64,000 nucleotides of DNA, from the NCBI GenBank assembly GCA_010093745.1, contig MU005962.1, positions 248,001 through 312,000 on the forward strand. Reading direction: 5' to 3'. Under the pieces are notes generated by a model. The model ran no database searches, was not told the DNA's origin, and saw only the letters and a program-made list of their open reading frames with translations. This document shows, piece after piece, positions 45,690 to 58,233 of the stretch. Position numbers and translations under genes: made by a program. Numbering within the stretch: position 1 is the stretch's first letter; each line of letters opens with the position of its first letter. This DNA comes from Piedraia hortae CBS 480.64 (lineage: Eukaryota).

Positions 45690-47341
45690 ATGGACAAGTA
45701 TCCGCGCCACGCCGGCGACTATGATGAAGCCATCACCGACGTCGAGCCCGACGACGACGCGATGCTGAACGCGTCCATGACGGCGCAGTATGACGATGGA
45801 GACACCGACCACCCGAGCGAGTCGGACGAAGACGGTGCCAGCATGGGCGGCGAGGAGACGCCCAAGACACAGACGCGCAACGGTCGCAGCCCCCTTGGGT
45901 CCATGCTACAGTGGACGATGCAGCAGGCGGCCGACTTCATCGCCTCTCTGTCGCCCGCGCTCAAGCAGTATTGCCAAAGCTTCACCAACGAGGGCATCAA
46001 CGGGGAGGCGCTGGCAGCGCTGGGTCACAATGAGCTCGACGAGCTGGGAGTGCACAGCGTTGGCCACCGGTTGACTATCCTCAAGGCTGTATACGAGCAG
46101 AAACTGCGGTCTGGCGTGCGCATCGAGGAGGGTGACTACGTGCCGCCGACGGCTGAGTCGTCCAAGGCTGATGCCGCTGCCACGCAGGATGATATGGCGC
46201 GCGTGATAGAGTCACTCCGCATACGCGACCAACGCATCTATACGGCTGAGGCTGAGCTGCGGGCGTTGCGGCACGATCTGGAGCGCATAGTCGAAGATAA
46301 CCGCAAGCTCCGCGAGGAGACGCTGCCGATCATGCGGCTGGTCAAGGACCAACGAACGCCGCTCCCGGATCCGGCTGGCGGGACGATCCCTCTTCCCCGA
46401 GATGGTGAGGCTGCCAAGCAGGACTTCCTGGCTCCCAAAGAGTCGATTGGAAGTTCCCTCAGCAGAAAGTTCTCAACTAAGAAACTCTTCCTAGGCGGCG
46501 CTCCAAAACAGCAGCTCTCTCCCACCCATGCGCCCCAGACCTTTACGCGCAGTGACGACCACGGTGATTCCTCCGGTCATGTGGGCATGACAAGTCAACA
46601 ATCCCCCAACAGTCTCCATGGCGCCCAGATGAGTCCCACCAGTCCCGCATACAGCACCCATGCTCCGTCCAGTGGAGGTTCCTACCATCCACCCGGCTCG
46701 GCCAGGAACTTTCCCAGACAGCATGGCCAACAACATGCTACTCACGAAGAAGCCCATCCCACATGGCCCACGCCAGCGAAACAACGCCAACCCCCCATTC
46801 CAAGCCCCAGAGAAGAAGACCACCGCGAGCGCGAAAGAGACGGGTTAGCCCTTCCCTCCCTCCCAAGCCACTCCCTAACCAAACCCAGTCGCGATCGAGA
46901 AAAAGATCGCGAAAAAGAAAAAGAAAAAGATAACCACCAAGTCGAAATCTTCAAATCCTTCCGCGTCGGAATCGAAGACCCATGTAGAGTCGTCTTACCA
47001 GTGGTAAGCCTTCCCCCTATCCCTCCCTCGTCAGAGGGAGAAACTAACAAAACTCAGGCACTGAAACGGTACAACATAACCGACGACTGGCGCCAATATG
47101 CACTGTACATTGTGCATGGCGATCAGGAGCGGTGTCTCGGTTTGGAGGAGAAACCACTGCTGTTGTTTAAACAGCTGGATAAAGAGGGCAGGAAGCCCAT
47201 GTTTATGTTGCGGCGTCATGCGTCTCCGCAGGAGGGTTGGAGTGGGACTTCGCATGGGTCGGATAAGGTATCGATTCGTGGGATGAGATAGATGATGATT
47301 TTGGCTGACTCGCGCAGACTATCCCCGGGGGTGTGCTTTGA
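45690..47341 (+). CDS. STE50: MAPK adaptor Ste50 (SAM + Ras-association domain), 2 introns
   Basis: SAM: WTMQQAADFI...GINGEALAAL...LGVHSVGHRLTILKAVY; RA: EIFKSFRVGIEDPCRVVLPV / ALKRYNITDDWRQYALYIVHGDQERCLGLEEKPL; last exon TIPGGVL*. Confidence 0.94.
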
Positions 47342-47567
47342 AAATGGATTCAAAGGCGGGTTACCATTGCTATGCATATGGAGGGAGAAAATATCTTTGA
47401 TGCTTCTTGTTTTAATCTATTTTGGTCGGAGAAACCTCGTAGATGGATGAACCCAGATGTGTAACTGGGTGCTGGGGTAGGTTTTAACTTGTGCCAAGAG
47501 TCTTGGCGTAGCACCTTCAAACTTTTGACTGCAGAAATTTTCCCTACAATTTACACTACCAGTTACA

Positions 47568-49415
47568 CTACAATTCACGGACGGCACCACTCCTAGTAGT
47601 CCGCCTGTTAAGATCCTCATTAACCACCTCTGCACCAGTCGCAACAACATGGTCCACAGGCTCCACAGATTCCTTTGGCTCCGCAACCGGTACCGGCACC
47701 GTAACTGTGACTGGTTCTTGACCTTTGGGAATTTGAGATTTCTTGGCCGCAGGCTTACCACCCGCAAAGAGTCCGGTAAGCAGCAACAGAGCAGTAAAGG
47801 CGCCAATAGCCAGCGCAGCTGCGATTTCAGGAACTGCCTTGACCGCACCAACGGGATCCCTGCGAGCAATCGTCTGGAAGACGTCAAACTTCTCACGGAC
47901 ATATCGCAAGGGATCGTCCTTGAAGTCGAGGTCCAGCGGAGATTTTGTCGGGTCATCCTTTGGCTTCTCCTTCTCTTCGGCGGCCTTCTCCGCGGCAATC
48001 TTCGGCACAAAAGTCTCCTGCCTCAGGGCGTCGGCATCCTCGACAGAGTGACCTACATAGATATTGTCAAACAAAATGTCGTTTTGCATAGTCCAAAGTT
48101 CAAAGCCAATCTACTCTTGTCAGCATTTCTCGGTTAAATATGAGGCCAAACTTACAGCTCCCATGGGTTCAAAGTTGGCGGGTTTCTTGTCTTCAAAGTA
48201 CTTCGGATTGGCAATCTTACGTGGTTTCCAGACACCCTTGTAGGCCGGGTTATCAATGAGAGGTGCAGTCCATTTGCCCTTATATTCAGGATTGCGCTTC
48301 ATTGGCTTCTTCCAGGGGCCACATCCAGAAACATCATTGCACTTGGCATTGGGAACCAAAGGTGCCGCCCAGTCACCATCTTCCTCATCATCCCAGTCCT
48401 CGGGCTTCTCAGCTTCCGGATCAGGGACCATGAGGGGTTCATCCTCGAGCCAGTCACTTGGCTTCTCGGCTTCCTCGTCGACAATCTCAAACGGTGCATC
48501 CTCGTCCCAGTCTTCAGGCTTGGTGGCTTCCGGATCTGGGATGCGCGCTTCCTCGACCCAATCCTCAGGCTTCTTGTCATTGGGATCATCGATCTCCTTT
48601 TCAGGGTTGACCGGAGGGGAAAAGTCCTCAAGAAGAGTGCCGTTCTTGGCGCTTTCGCCGTCAATCTTGATCTCGAATGTCTGGTCCGGGCGCACAATGA
48701 GCGTGTACAAAGTGGTTGTCTTGGTGATGCGAGCCATCGGGGGAGTTTTGAGGTGCTTCTCTTCGTACTCGCCGGTCTTCGGGTTCTTGTGACGAAAGAT
48801 GAAGTGAACCTTGTTGGTCGAGCCGCACTTATCGGGACCGAACATGATGATGTAGGGGGAAGCGTTAGAGAATTCGTCGGCGTGAAGGGCAGAATTTTCC
48901 TGGAGCAACTTCATATAGGCACCGCCGCACTCCAGGCCACTTTGGAGCTTGACTTCGTACTGAACGACCAGAGTATCGTCTTTGTTCGTGAGGGCCTTGG
49001 GGAATTTGGCGGAGATGGCATGGTGAGCTGCCTTATCCTTCAGCACCAGTCCCTTATCGCCGGCCATGCCCCGGAGGACGGTGGGCTCCTCGACACTCCA
49101 GGTGCCCACATACTGCCATTCCTCATCGGTGTTTTCCTTTTTCGCGTGTGACGGCTGCCATCGGCTCTCCCAGCCCTCGGTGAACTGCTCCAAGAAGGGA
49201 GCCTTGAGGTTGGTGGGCTGGATGCACGTCAGAGAGCCTCTCTTGCAGGTAGATTACACGTTACTCACCGTAAACGTCGGCAGGTCAGCCGCCGAAGATG
49301 TTACGCTCTCAGCCAACGAAGCCACCGATGAGCTCGCGTCTTCTACAGCTGCGGACACGTCGGCCCGCGCAAGGCCGGCACAGCAGCTCAGAGCAATGAA
49401 TCGCTTAACTCGCAT
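47568..49415 (-). CDS. CNE1: Calnexin, 2 introns
   Basis: Signal peptide [39 protein letters not shown]-domain repeats [43 protein letters not shown]-terminal TM. Confidence 0.96.
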
Positions 49416-49667
49416 GGTGCTCGTTGTGTAGAGCGACAGACTGTGAGATAGGGAGTGTGGGGGGGAAGCTGAAAGGTTTGGGGGTTAAAATGCGGGCTGA
49501 GGACACCTTGCACAATGAGCTCGGGCGCCAGTCTTGGCAAAAGGCTTCGCGTGGAAACGTTTAGAAATACGCCATCACGTGAGCCACAAGACACCCGATC
49601 ACTCACTCGTACACATTATCATCTTCAAATCTGTCACTCGGTATGCTCTGGCACTCCACAGTAGAGC

Positions 49668-50456
49668 TCAGAATTGTCGCCAAAGCAGGACAGCCAGAGC
49701 AATAACTATAACATAAATTGCCTGATCAACCCATTCACGTCTTCTCCGTTCGTTTTCTGCCTGTCGCTGCGGTCTGGCAGCTCGAACTTGCCCCGAAGCC
49801 TCTGCAGGTGGTGGATTATCTGTGGCAGTCTGGTTAAGAGATGTCGGAGCGGTCGAGGTTAAGTTCGGTACTTCGCTCTCCTTAAGAGTCTCCTTGTAGG
49901 TCATGGTTAATTCAGGCGGGGCAAATCCCTTTTCTTGCTCGCCATCACCACTATTTTTAATTGCCTCTTCTTGCCCATGCATAATTTCATTGTTTGTTTT
50001 GCCACATGTAGGGCATTTCCACTCGCCGCTCTGGCTTGCCATTCTTCTACGTACTGACTCCGCTGCCTCCAATCCTCCCAGCTGGCCGCTGGCGTTGGTA
50101 TCCATGAAGCTACGGAGTGCCACCAATGCAGTGCGAATGCCCCATGCCGGTTGCCATGTTTCCTCATGATGTCCACTAATACTGAGGCAAATCTCCCGGT
50201 TCACCTCGAACCGACCCGTAGGGGTCAAGAACCGAAAAGACGGAGGTTTGAGAGGGTAAGCTGGAGGAAGCACGATTCGCCCATGGTACACTCCGTTGGC
50301 AAATGGCGATGGATCAGGAGGACCACGCAGTGTGAAGTGCCACTCGAACAAATCGCTTTCCAATGGCGTGGCGTGGTAATCTGATGATGGCTGGCTGGCA
50401 AGTTCCGCCGCCTCTTTCATGATCCGCTTGATGGTAGGGCTCTTTAGTCCCGACAT
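49668..50456 (-). CDS. UBC6: ER-anchored ubiquitin-conjugating enzyme, UBE2J1/Ubc6 class
   Basis: KRIMKEAAEL...EWHFTLRGP...YHGRIVLPPAYPLKPP...GRFEVNREICLSISGHHEETWQPAWGIRT; C-terminal TM anchor; ATG 50456. Confidence 0.88.
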   Translation of the reverse strand: MSGLKSPTIKRIMKEAAELASQPSSDYHATPLESDLFEWHFTLRGPPDPSPFANGVYHGRIVLPPAYPLKPPSFRFLTPTGRFEVNREICLSISGHHEETWQPAWGIRTALVALRSFMDTNASGQLGGLEAAESVRRRMASQSGEWKCPTCGKTNNEIMHGQEEAIKNSGDGEQEKGFAPPELTMTYKETLKESEVPNLTSTAPTSLNQTATDNPPPAEASGQVRAARPQRQAENERRRREWVDQAIYVIVIALAVLLWRQF

Positions 50457-50661
50457 GGTGTTAAATGAGTTCGATAGGCCAAGTTTTATGCACAGAAGCT
50501 TTGAGATATGTAGGTGGAGGGCGTTGTTGGGATTAAAGTTCAGGAATCTCAGGACAGCCGAGGGCGAAGTGCAACCTGTCACTTCCTGGTTTCACTGTAC
50601 CAGGTACTGTATACTACATAGGCCTTTCAAAACCAAACCAGTACCATTAGGTAGCCTGCTA

Positions 50662-52685
50662 TCATGTTCTTACTATATCCACTCTTGCTCGCGATCCGAC
50701 TTCATGAGCAAGAGGTGCCTCGTCTTCGCGCTCTTGGTCGGTGACTGTTCTTGGCAAGATGTTCAGTATAGCAAAATGTCCCGTCCCACGCTTCCTGCAC
50801 AAACTGCCAGGATTTATACACATTACACCTTCAATAACCTAAAGGTTGTCTTGTCAGGGCAATTATCACAGGGCACCGAGTAACTCACCTTAACAAACGG
50901 GCTCAGAATGCTGGGTAAAATCAAAATGTCAGGCCGCACATTGATCCATTCACCCAACTTGAGATAACTCAAGTCCAAATTGGCGCCGACCGGTAGACGT
51001 TTTTCACCATCTACGCTGGGCACCTCTCCTGGTATTGCAGTTGGAGGCGGCAAACTTCCTCGAGCTTGTGCCGGGAAAATGGGGTAAAAGTGCCTCTGTT
51101 CGATGACATGTCGAGTCACACGTTCAAGAAAATCAGTCTCCATGGTACCGCCTCCGGACGCCGCCCGATGAACATTTTCCTTTCGAAGTTCGAATAGTAT
51201 GTCCTGCGAACCCACACCAACAACCATTTCGTTGATGGACATGAGCATCGGGTTCGCCACAACCTGAACATTCTTGGGCAATCCCAAAGGCGCTTTAAAG
51301 AATCGATCTTGAGGCCATGATACGTGCCCGGATGCGGCATCTCGCACTGACGGCACCAGGATGATTGTTATGGAAGGAACAGCCTTGCTTAATTGTTGCA
51401 ACGGTTCGGATATCATGAGGCGAAACACATCTTGCAATGTGGAACGATCGGGACTGAGTTTGGCTTCTGGTGGTATATGAGCCTCAAAATCACCCGAGGC
51501 AACGATTGGGTGTTCCAGATCAATAAAGGGACCGGAGAGGAGAAGGACATCCACCACATTCTCCCTGGCTTTTTCAAGAAGCGAGTGGAAGGTGGCAAAA
51601 GAGAAGTCGAGATCTGTAGTAAATGGCCCGCTTGCTACGAGGATTTGCAGCGGCCGAGCATCCCCGTTAGCGCCTACCAATCTGTCCTTGTGAATATCGA
51701 GCTCAGCTGGCGTGGAAGCTGGAGGGCCGAGGAGAGGTACGTCCAAAATTTCAGCAACAGTAAAATACCCCCCGCCAACATTTGTGCCTTTGACAGCGGT
51801 TATCTTTCCGGGAAAGAGATCATAGCCCAGGCCTTGTGCAAATTTTAGAGGAATCCGCAGACCTGCGCCCATTCGTCTGCTAGTCTCCAGAACCACGCTT
51901 TCGGCGTTCAATCTGCCATTTGCCTGGTCACAGGCTATCCTTCCCACCGCTACTATCTCAGCCGAGGACTGGGCAGCTGGATTTCCAAAAGCACTGTCGG
52001 GAAGCTTGTGGTGAGCTTGCACCAGTTCAGTAAAAGTATCTATCCGATCATCTAGAATTTCAGAGGCTTCTGAGAGTTTCATGGCCATGGTCTTGTAGGC
52101 GAATTTAGGCAGCTCAACGTTGGCTTTAAGTGTCACCCGCGGAGCTGTGGGAGGGGTTTCAGGGGGCTTGGCTGCTGGTATTTGGTGGTTTATGGACTGT
52201 TCTACCTCGCCAGCTCGTGCTCGTTTCCCGAATGCCACGTTTGCGCCTGGGGTGGTTGGTGTACGGGTTGCTGGGGAGCTGTCTCTTGTAGCCTTTATAG
52301 ACTTAGAAACGGGAGTCTCCAGTGCGTAATTCTTCCTCTTTGCAGGCCCCGGAGTGACGGATGCCATGCCATCCAGCATTCCAAATACATCACTTTTCCC
52401 ACGAGGCGTGACAGTTGATTTCTTTACAGCACTGTGGGGGACCGGGGGACCCTTGGACCGCGTCTCACGTTCCAGCGCATCCTGTAGATCTTTTTTGAAG
52501 TCGCGCACTGTTTTGACGTTTAAGCTGGTGGTATCCACGCCCATTTTCAACACGTAGCTTTCCCATTTGAAGAATAGTTCCTGCGCACTGAGCTCAAGAA
52601 GCCGCGAGATGTGCTGTAGCTCGGAGGTAACTTCAAGCTCAAGTTGTGCGCCAAAAGCGGCATGTAAACTGTCTGTGGAAGCCAT
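50662..52685 (-). CDS. POL12: DNA polymerase alpha/primase B subunit, 1 intron
   Basis: LFFKWESY, AVGRIACD, LFPGKITAVKGTN, VASGPFT, LLSGPFID, QRHFYPIFP, PDILILPS / VIEGVMCINPG; stop at 50662-50664. Confidence 0.95.
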
Positions 52686-52721
52686 TTTGGAGCACCTGGA
52701 GCCTTTCTGTCAAAGACGTCG

Positions 52722-52775
52722 ACGCGCGACGTGACGCGTGCTGAACGCGATTGGACGCGTCGCAATTTAACGCGC
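52722..52775. promoter_or_regulatory. MCB (MluI cell-cycle box) cluster in the POL12/Sec2-like divergent promoter
   Basis: ACGCGT at 52734 and 52755, plus ACGCG cores at 52722, 52745 and 52770. Confidence 0.75.
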
Positions 52776-52855
52776 GACACACCCCAAATGCCGCATGCAG
52801 CACTATGGGCTGAAACAGTTTAGATGGAACTATCTCGCGCAAGCCTACACAACTC

Positions 52856-53603
52856 ATGGCCCGGAATGGCGTCGAGGACACGTCGCTCACCTCCTACGAC
52901 TCTAGTCTGGGCTCTGAGACGACTGCAGATGCCGGTAGAATCCGCCAGCTAGAGGCAGAGGTCCAGGACCTTGCCGACCGAGCCAATGGCGCTTGTACGT
53001 GGCCCACGATGTTTGAAAATGGCTCTAACATATGCAGCCCAGCGCTTCGCTGATTACGAGAACGAGATACGAGTTTTACAGGCTCAACTTCGTCAGGCCC
53101 AGCGGCGCAATGCGGCAGCCGAACAAGATGGCACAAGCGATCCTCCACCAGCGCCGGAAAGAAAGCTTTCGCGCTTTGGCAGTCTAATGCATGTGCGCAA
53201 AACACTGCCCAGCCAGACCCAGGCCCCCACCTCCCGCGAAAAGGAACTGGAAGCCGCCCTTCTGAAAGAGCAAAACGCGCGCATCGCGGCAGAGCAAAGG
53301 GTCAAAACCGCTGATGCTGAAATTGAAGAACTGAGTCAAAGCTTGTTCCAAGAAGCCAACGAGATGGTCGCAGAGGAGCGGAGGAAGAATGCGATGCTAT
53401 TACAAAGAATTGAAGCACTGGAAAGACCCCCCATGTCTAACAGAGACGACGCAATATCGTCACTGAGAAGCGAAAATCTACGACTACATGAAAGGTTGCA
53501 GGCCATGGAGCACCGCGAGGCCGACCGTCGGAGACGACTGGACAAGCTAGAGTCCGCTTTCACTCGAATCGAGCGCGTAAAGTCCATCTTGTTACCACGC
53601 TGA
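52856..53603 (+). CDS. Sec2 N-terminal coiled-coil (Rab GEF) domain protein, 1 intron
   Basis: RIRQLEAEVQDLADRANGA / QRFADYENEIR...EIEELSQSLFQEANEMVAEERR (Sec2 motif ELSxSLFxEANxMV). Confidence 0.85.
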
Positions 53604-53983
53604 TTACGAAACACCCACACCCGCATGTATATTACCCATCAAATTTCACGGTGCGCTTTTTGCACGGACCTGCCAAGAACGGTGGGGGAGCTGTGGCAAA
53701 ATTTTCTTCTCCCGGACCGCTAGGCGATAAGCGCCCGAACACGCCTGCATTAGCGCGTTTACACCGTTCCCATGATCAAATAACCGATTCAGTTCATCCG
53801 AGGATTGGCCTGGCTCACGCAGTGTGCATGTCGTAGAATATGCAAGCCATCAGGTGACGTTACGTTCAGGCCCAAGCTTCTGGTCGCCGGGGTGCTGGTC
53901 CTGCTTGACCCCTCAGTGATGAGCAGCATATTTTGCTGGCAGACGCATCTGCATCTTCAACAGTCCAAAGGCAATCACGGCGA

Positions 53984-54985
53984 ATGGAGACTATCAAACA
54001 AGCCATCGGTTTGACCCCATCTGATCAAGAAGGACGGGAGCCAGTATCTGGCTTGCAAGGCCTTGGTACGGCCACCCAACCTTATGATGCGGGCAACCAA
54101 CGTGGGTATCTGTATGTAATGACTTCTGCAAATACTGAACTGAATTCAGAAGATCCTTCTCTTGCTGCGAAATCAGCACAGCAAGTACATCATTCGGGCG
54201 ACGCGAATGCCGCACCTTCCAGTCCTCTGACTCCGACCAACACTCAAAATGCCTTCCACCAGCCTCAGAGTAACCTCAATGCACAGCTGGCACAGTCTGG
54301 GCCAGCCGGAAGTGGCGGGCCAGAAAGGCCAACGATAGGCTCGCCTGGGTGGTTCCAGACGGCCTCTTCGGGTGCAGCTCAATCAAGGCGCCTTGATGAC
54401 GATGTGGCTCCTGAAGATTCGGTTGGAAGTGCCGGCAAGGTACAGCAAGCTGTTCATGACAACTCGGCGGCTACGACCTCTTCAGCGCCCCCTGCCAATG
54501 CTAGTCAGATGGGAGTCAGCAGCATCTTCACCACCCTCAATCCCTTTGGTGGAACCCCGACTGAACTAGAGAGTGGTTTTGGTAACTTTGGCATCGGGAG
54601 TACCGATGCAGCGGAGGAGCGACAAGGAGTTGTCGAGTCGCAAGCAAATGCGTCGAAGAATGAAAACTACGAAAAGGTAGACAGGAGCAAAGATAGGGGT
54701 CGTGAGATGCCTGGCTCGAATCCGTCGGCCATTCCACTCGCCGGGGGCAAGCCGGTCGGCAGCGGTGCACAGTCTAGGAGACGGACGGAAGCTTTCATTC
54801 CGTTTATGGGCTCGGAAGACTCCGAGACTGCTAGAAACACTCAAGCCAATATCGGGCAAACCCCAAAACGTACGGCTACGGAAAGCTCGGCTACTTCGCC
54901 TACGTCGCCGACGGACAAGAGTGGACGTAGAAGAAGTATCCTGGACAAGTTCAAGGGAATGATGGGAAAAAAGGACAAAGCGTAG
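53984..54985 (+). CDS. Hydrophilic low-complexity hypothetical protein (stress-protein-like)
   Basis: METIKQAIG...GREPVSGLQGLGTATQPYDAGN, a recurrent fungal motif, then Ser/Gly/Ala-rich; ends SILDKFKGMMGKKDKA; probable short in-frame intron from about 54102. Confidence 0.7.
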   Translation: METIKQAIGLTPSDQEGREPVSGLQGLGTATQPYDAGNQRGYLYVMTSANTELNSEDPSLAAKSAQQVHHSGDANAAPSSPLTPTNTQNAFHQPQSNLNAQLAQSGPAGSGGPERPTIGSPGWFQTASSGAAQSRRLDDDVAPEDSVGSAGKVQQAVHDNSAATTSSAPPANASQMGVSSIFTTLNPFGGTPTELESGFGNFGIGSTDAAEERQGVVESQANASKNENYEKVDRSKDRGREMPGSNPSAIPLAGGKPVGSGAQSRRRTEAFIPFMGSEDSETARNTQANIGQTPKRTATESSATSPTSPTDKSGRRRSILDKFKGMMGKKDKA

Positions 54986-55138
54986 TAGTTGAGATCTTCG
55001 ATTTCCGTCTAATTAATGATAGTCTTTTGTTGAAAAATGCACTCTGTGAATCATCCACCGGTGACTCATAGGGCATTCACCTACCTTGCTGCTTCAACTG
55101 ATCAGTAGCCACAAATCTCCAATTGAGTTCCACAGACA

Positions 55139-57014
55139 ATGACGGCAGGAAACAAGCACAAGCAGGCTTCGCATTCTGCGCGAGAGCGACGGGCCGGTGA
55201 GCTGGTAGATGACAACATATGCCCTCGGTAGCTAGAAAATAACCCCTTTCCAGGCACTCAGCCAGTTTGTGGAGCACATCCACCAGCGACAGGCGTTGCG
55301 CAAGCCGCCCGTTGCAGGAGCCGCTTCCGGCACTGACCATGCCGAGCTTGATATCTTAGACACACTTGACCTTTCAGAAGACGAGACAAAAGCACAATTA
55401 AAGGACTTGCTGCTGGGCACTTCGGACGAGAGCCTCACACAGCTTCAAACGCTGGTACAGGAGAGGTTAGACGAGGGCCATGGCGAGTGCATGTTTGATG
55501 TGGGTATTGATGATAAAGGGGACAGCCAGCTGCTCACCGAGGCGGAATGGGGGACGGCTCTGTCGAGATTAGATGAGGCCCTTCAGGCTGCAAAAGCTGA
55601 TAAGCGCCTCCTCCTGACCAGAAACGTGCCTGGTAGCACCGTGGACGTTGGCAATGACGCCAGGAAAGTCAGCGGCTGCGTGGGTAAGTTCTTACTCCGG
55701 CGAAAGCCAGAGGTCGATAGTGCAATCGAAGTGCGCATTGCCGTAGTCGGCAACGTGGATGCCGGCAAGAGCACGCTGTTGGGCGTGTTGGTCAAGGGCG
55801 GATTGGATGATGGAAGAGGCAAAATGCGTGTTCATCTCTTCCGACATAAGCACGAGATTGAGTCAGGCCGCACGAGTTCCGTTGGTATGGAGATCATGGG
55901 GTTTGACAGCAAAGGTGACATTATTACCTCTGGCGTGCCGGGCAGACAGCTCAGCTGGGAAGAGATTGGCAAACGTAGCACCAAAGTCATCTCCTTTAGC
56001 GACTTGGCAGGTCATGCGCTATACCTTCGCACAACCATTTTTGGCCTACTGAGTAGCGAGCCAAACTACTGTCTGCTAATGGTGGCAGCCAACAACGGAC
56101 TTATTGGGACGTCTAAGGAACATCTCGGCATCGCATTGGCATTGAACGTGCCTGTCATGATCTGCATCACCAAGATTGACATATGTCCACCACATATCTT
56201 GCAAGAGACGCTTTCACAGTTGACAAAGATTCTTAAATCGCCCGGCGCGCTCAAGATGCCTATCATGATCAAAACTCGTGAGGATTGCATCAATACAGCA
56301 ACACAGTTTGTCAGTCAACGCATCTGCCCCATCTTTCAAGTGTCCAACGTGACTGGCGAGTCTCTGGATTTGGTTCGAGAATTTCTTAACGCCTTGCCAC
56401 ATCACGGGAAGTACGATGCCTCTGCTCCGTTTGAATTCCACATCAATGACACATTTTCCGTGCCCTTTGTCGGGACGGTTGTATCGGGTGTGGTCAAGAG
56501 TGGTATCATCCATACGGGTGATACTGTTCTCTTGGGTCCGGATGGCCTCGGGCAGTTCACCACGACAACCATTCGTTCGATTCAATGGAAGCGAATAACA
56601 GTACCAGCCTGCTCAGCCGGGCAGAGTGCCTCATTTGCCTTGCGTAAAGTCAGACGGCGAGACGTACGCAAAGGAATGGTCATGTTTGCGAAAATGGAGT
56701 CCAACCCCACCGTCCACCGTGAGTTCGTGGCTGAGGTCCTCATTCTCTCCCACGCGACCACTATCCGGACAAAATACCAAGCCATGCTCCACGTAGGGCC
56801 CATACGGCAGACCTGTGCCATTGTGGACATTGACCGCGCATGCATCCGCACTGGTGATCGTGCAACCGTGGCGTTTAGATTCATTCAACGTCCGGAATAC
56901 CTCGCAGTGGGCGATAGAATCTTGTTTCGAGAGGGCCAGACAAAGGGCCTGGGTGTTGTCACGCAGCTCGGCTACGACTTCAACCATCCCTTGACGAAAG
57001 AGGACGAGTCATGA
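55139..57014 (+). CDS. GTPBP1: Translational GTPase GTP-binding protein 1, 1 intron
   Basis: Exon 1 MTAGNKHKQ...AGEL spliced to ALSQFVEH; G1 GNVDAGKST, RHKHEIESGRTSS, DLAGH, TKID; EF-Tu-like domains II and III. Confidence 0.92.
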
Positions 57015-57342
57015 TAGTGCGTTGTTGAGATGGTTGGATACATTCAATTTGCTTCGAGGCAATGGTATGAAGATCAGACACACTCAGGAATGATGACTGG
57101 AAATGGGGTTTGAAGGTAGTTGTTTCAATACACTCACCATTTTTATATGCTTCATTGTCGACCATCATTGTGACGTTTTCGTTGACTTTATGGGAAGGCA
57201 AGACGCCAAGAAGTCGGAGCACGAGTGCATCCCAATTTGGTTAGCGTTAGTCGCAGCGCGACGCAACTTCGACCGCAAACTTCTTGCGACAGGCCCTTCT
57301 TCCATCACCCGATTATCGATTGTCTACGAAACAACTGCAACC

Positions 57343-57893
57343 ATGGTTCAGCTCGAGGAAGTCGCCGACGAGGAACTTACGTCGTCGCAGCCCTACAACA
57401 ATCGATCTGACGAAGATGACTGGAACACGGATGATGGTACTTATCGCCCAATGCGCTCCATTCATGGCAAGCCTCTCTAACAAGTTGTAGAGTCCGTGGT
57501 ATCTGTATCCTCGGACGATTCTTCAGTCTCGTCTCTCGAGGGCGAAACGCTAGCTGACCGCATCGCCGCATTGAAAGACATCATCCCGCCCACCTACCGC
57601 AAGAGCCTTTCTAACGCAAGTGCCAAAGCATCTTCAACGGCAAAGAGTGTCTGGTCGTGGAGCGGTAATGCCCTCTGGGTTGTCAGCACGAGTGCTCTGC
57701 TTCTGGGCGTGCCTTGGGCCCTCGCGTTTTCCGAGGAGCAGCAGGTCATAGCCATGGAAACCGAGATGAGGATGCAGCAGAACGCACAGCAGGTAGATTC
57801 TCCAACATTTACATGATGCTTTTTCCATTGCTAACGGTTGAACAGATGCTAACTCAAGGCTCGGGTGAGCAAAGCGCCAAACCTGCGTTGTAA
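57343..57893 (+). CDS. TOM22: Mitochondrial import receptor subunit Tom22, 2 introns
   Basis: MVQLEEVADE..., ETLADRIAALKDIIPP, SGNALWVVSTSALLLGVPWALAFSEEQQ; last exon MLTQG...KPAL*. Confidence 0.94.
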
Positions 57894-58233
57894 AACCGAA
57901 TTAGGTGGAAATGTACAGTAGTGAGGATGTGTGCACTGTGTGTTAATACATAATAAAGAGTCTCGACTCCTCAACATGCGCGCACAGAAGATACCTCTTT
58001 CCAACCTGCTTTTTGCACACTTCTGGGGACCATCCATCGCTCTGCCACTAACCAACTAGCCAGATTCCTCTTCTGCATAATGGCGTTGCACATTGTCGAT
58101 GAGCACAACTGATTTACAAGGCTTAGTGTGGCCCACTTTGCCGAGATTAGAGCCGGCAGATGACAGCAACGACCAGACGCCATTCACGTGCATCATAAAG
58201 CCATCTTGGAAGCTCTCCGAAGTGTCGACCAAA

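Noticed and set aside
47568..47585. Calnexin ends in VREL, resembling a KDEL/HDEL signal
   Set aside because: The tail lies after the TM helix in the cytosol, where the luminal KDEL receptor cannot read it.
48380..48600. Tandem KPEDW repeats
   Set aside because: Normal calnexin P-domain repeats.
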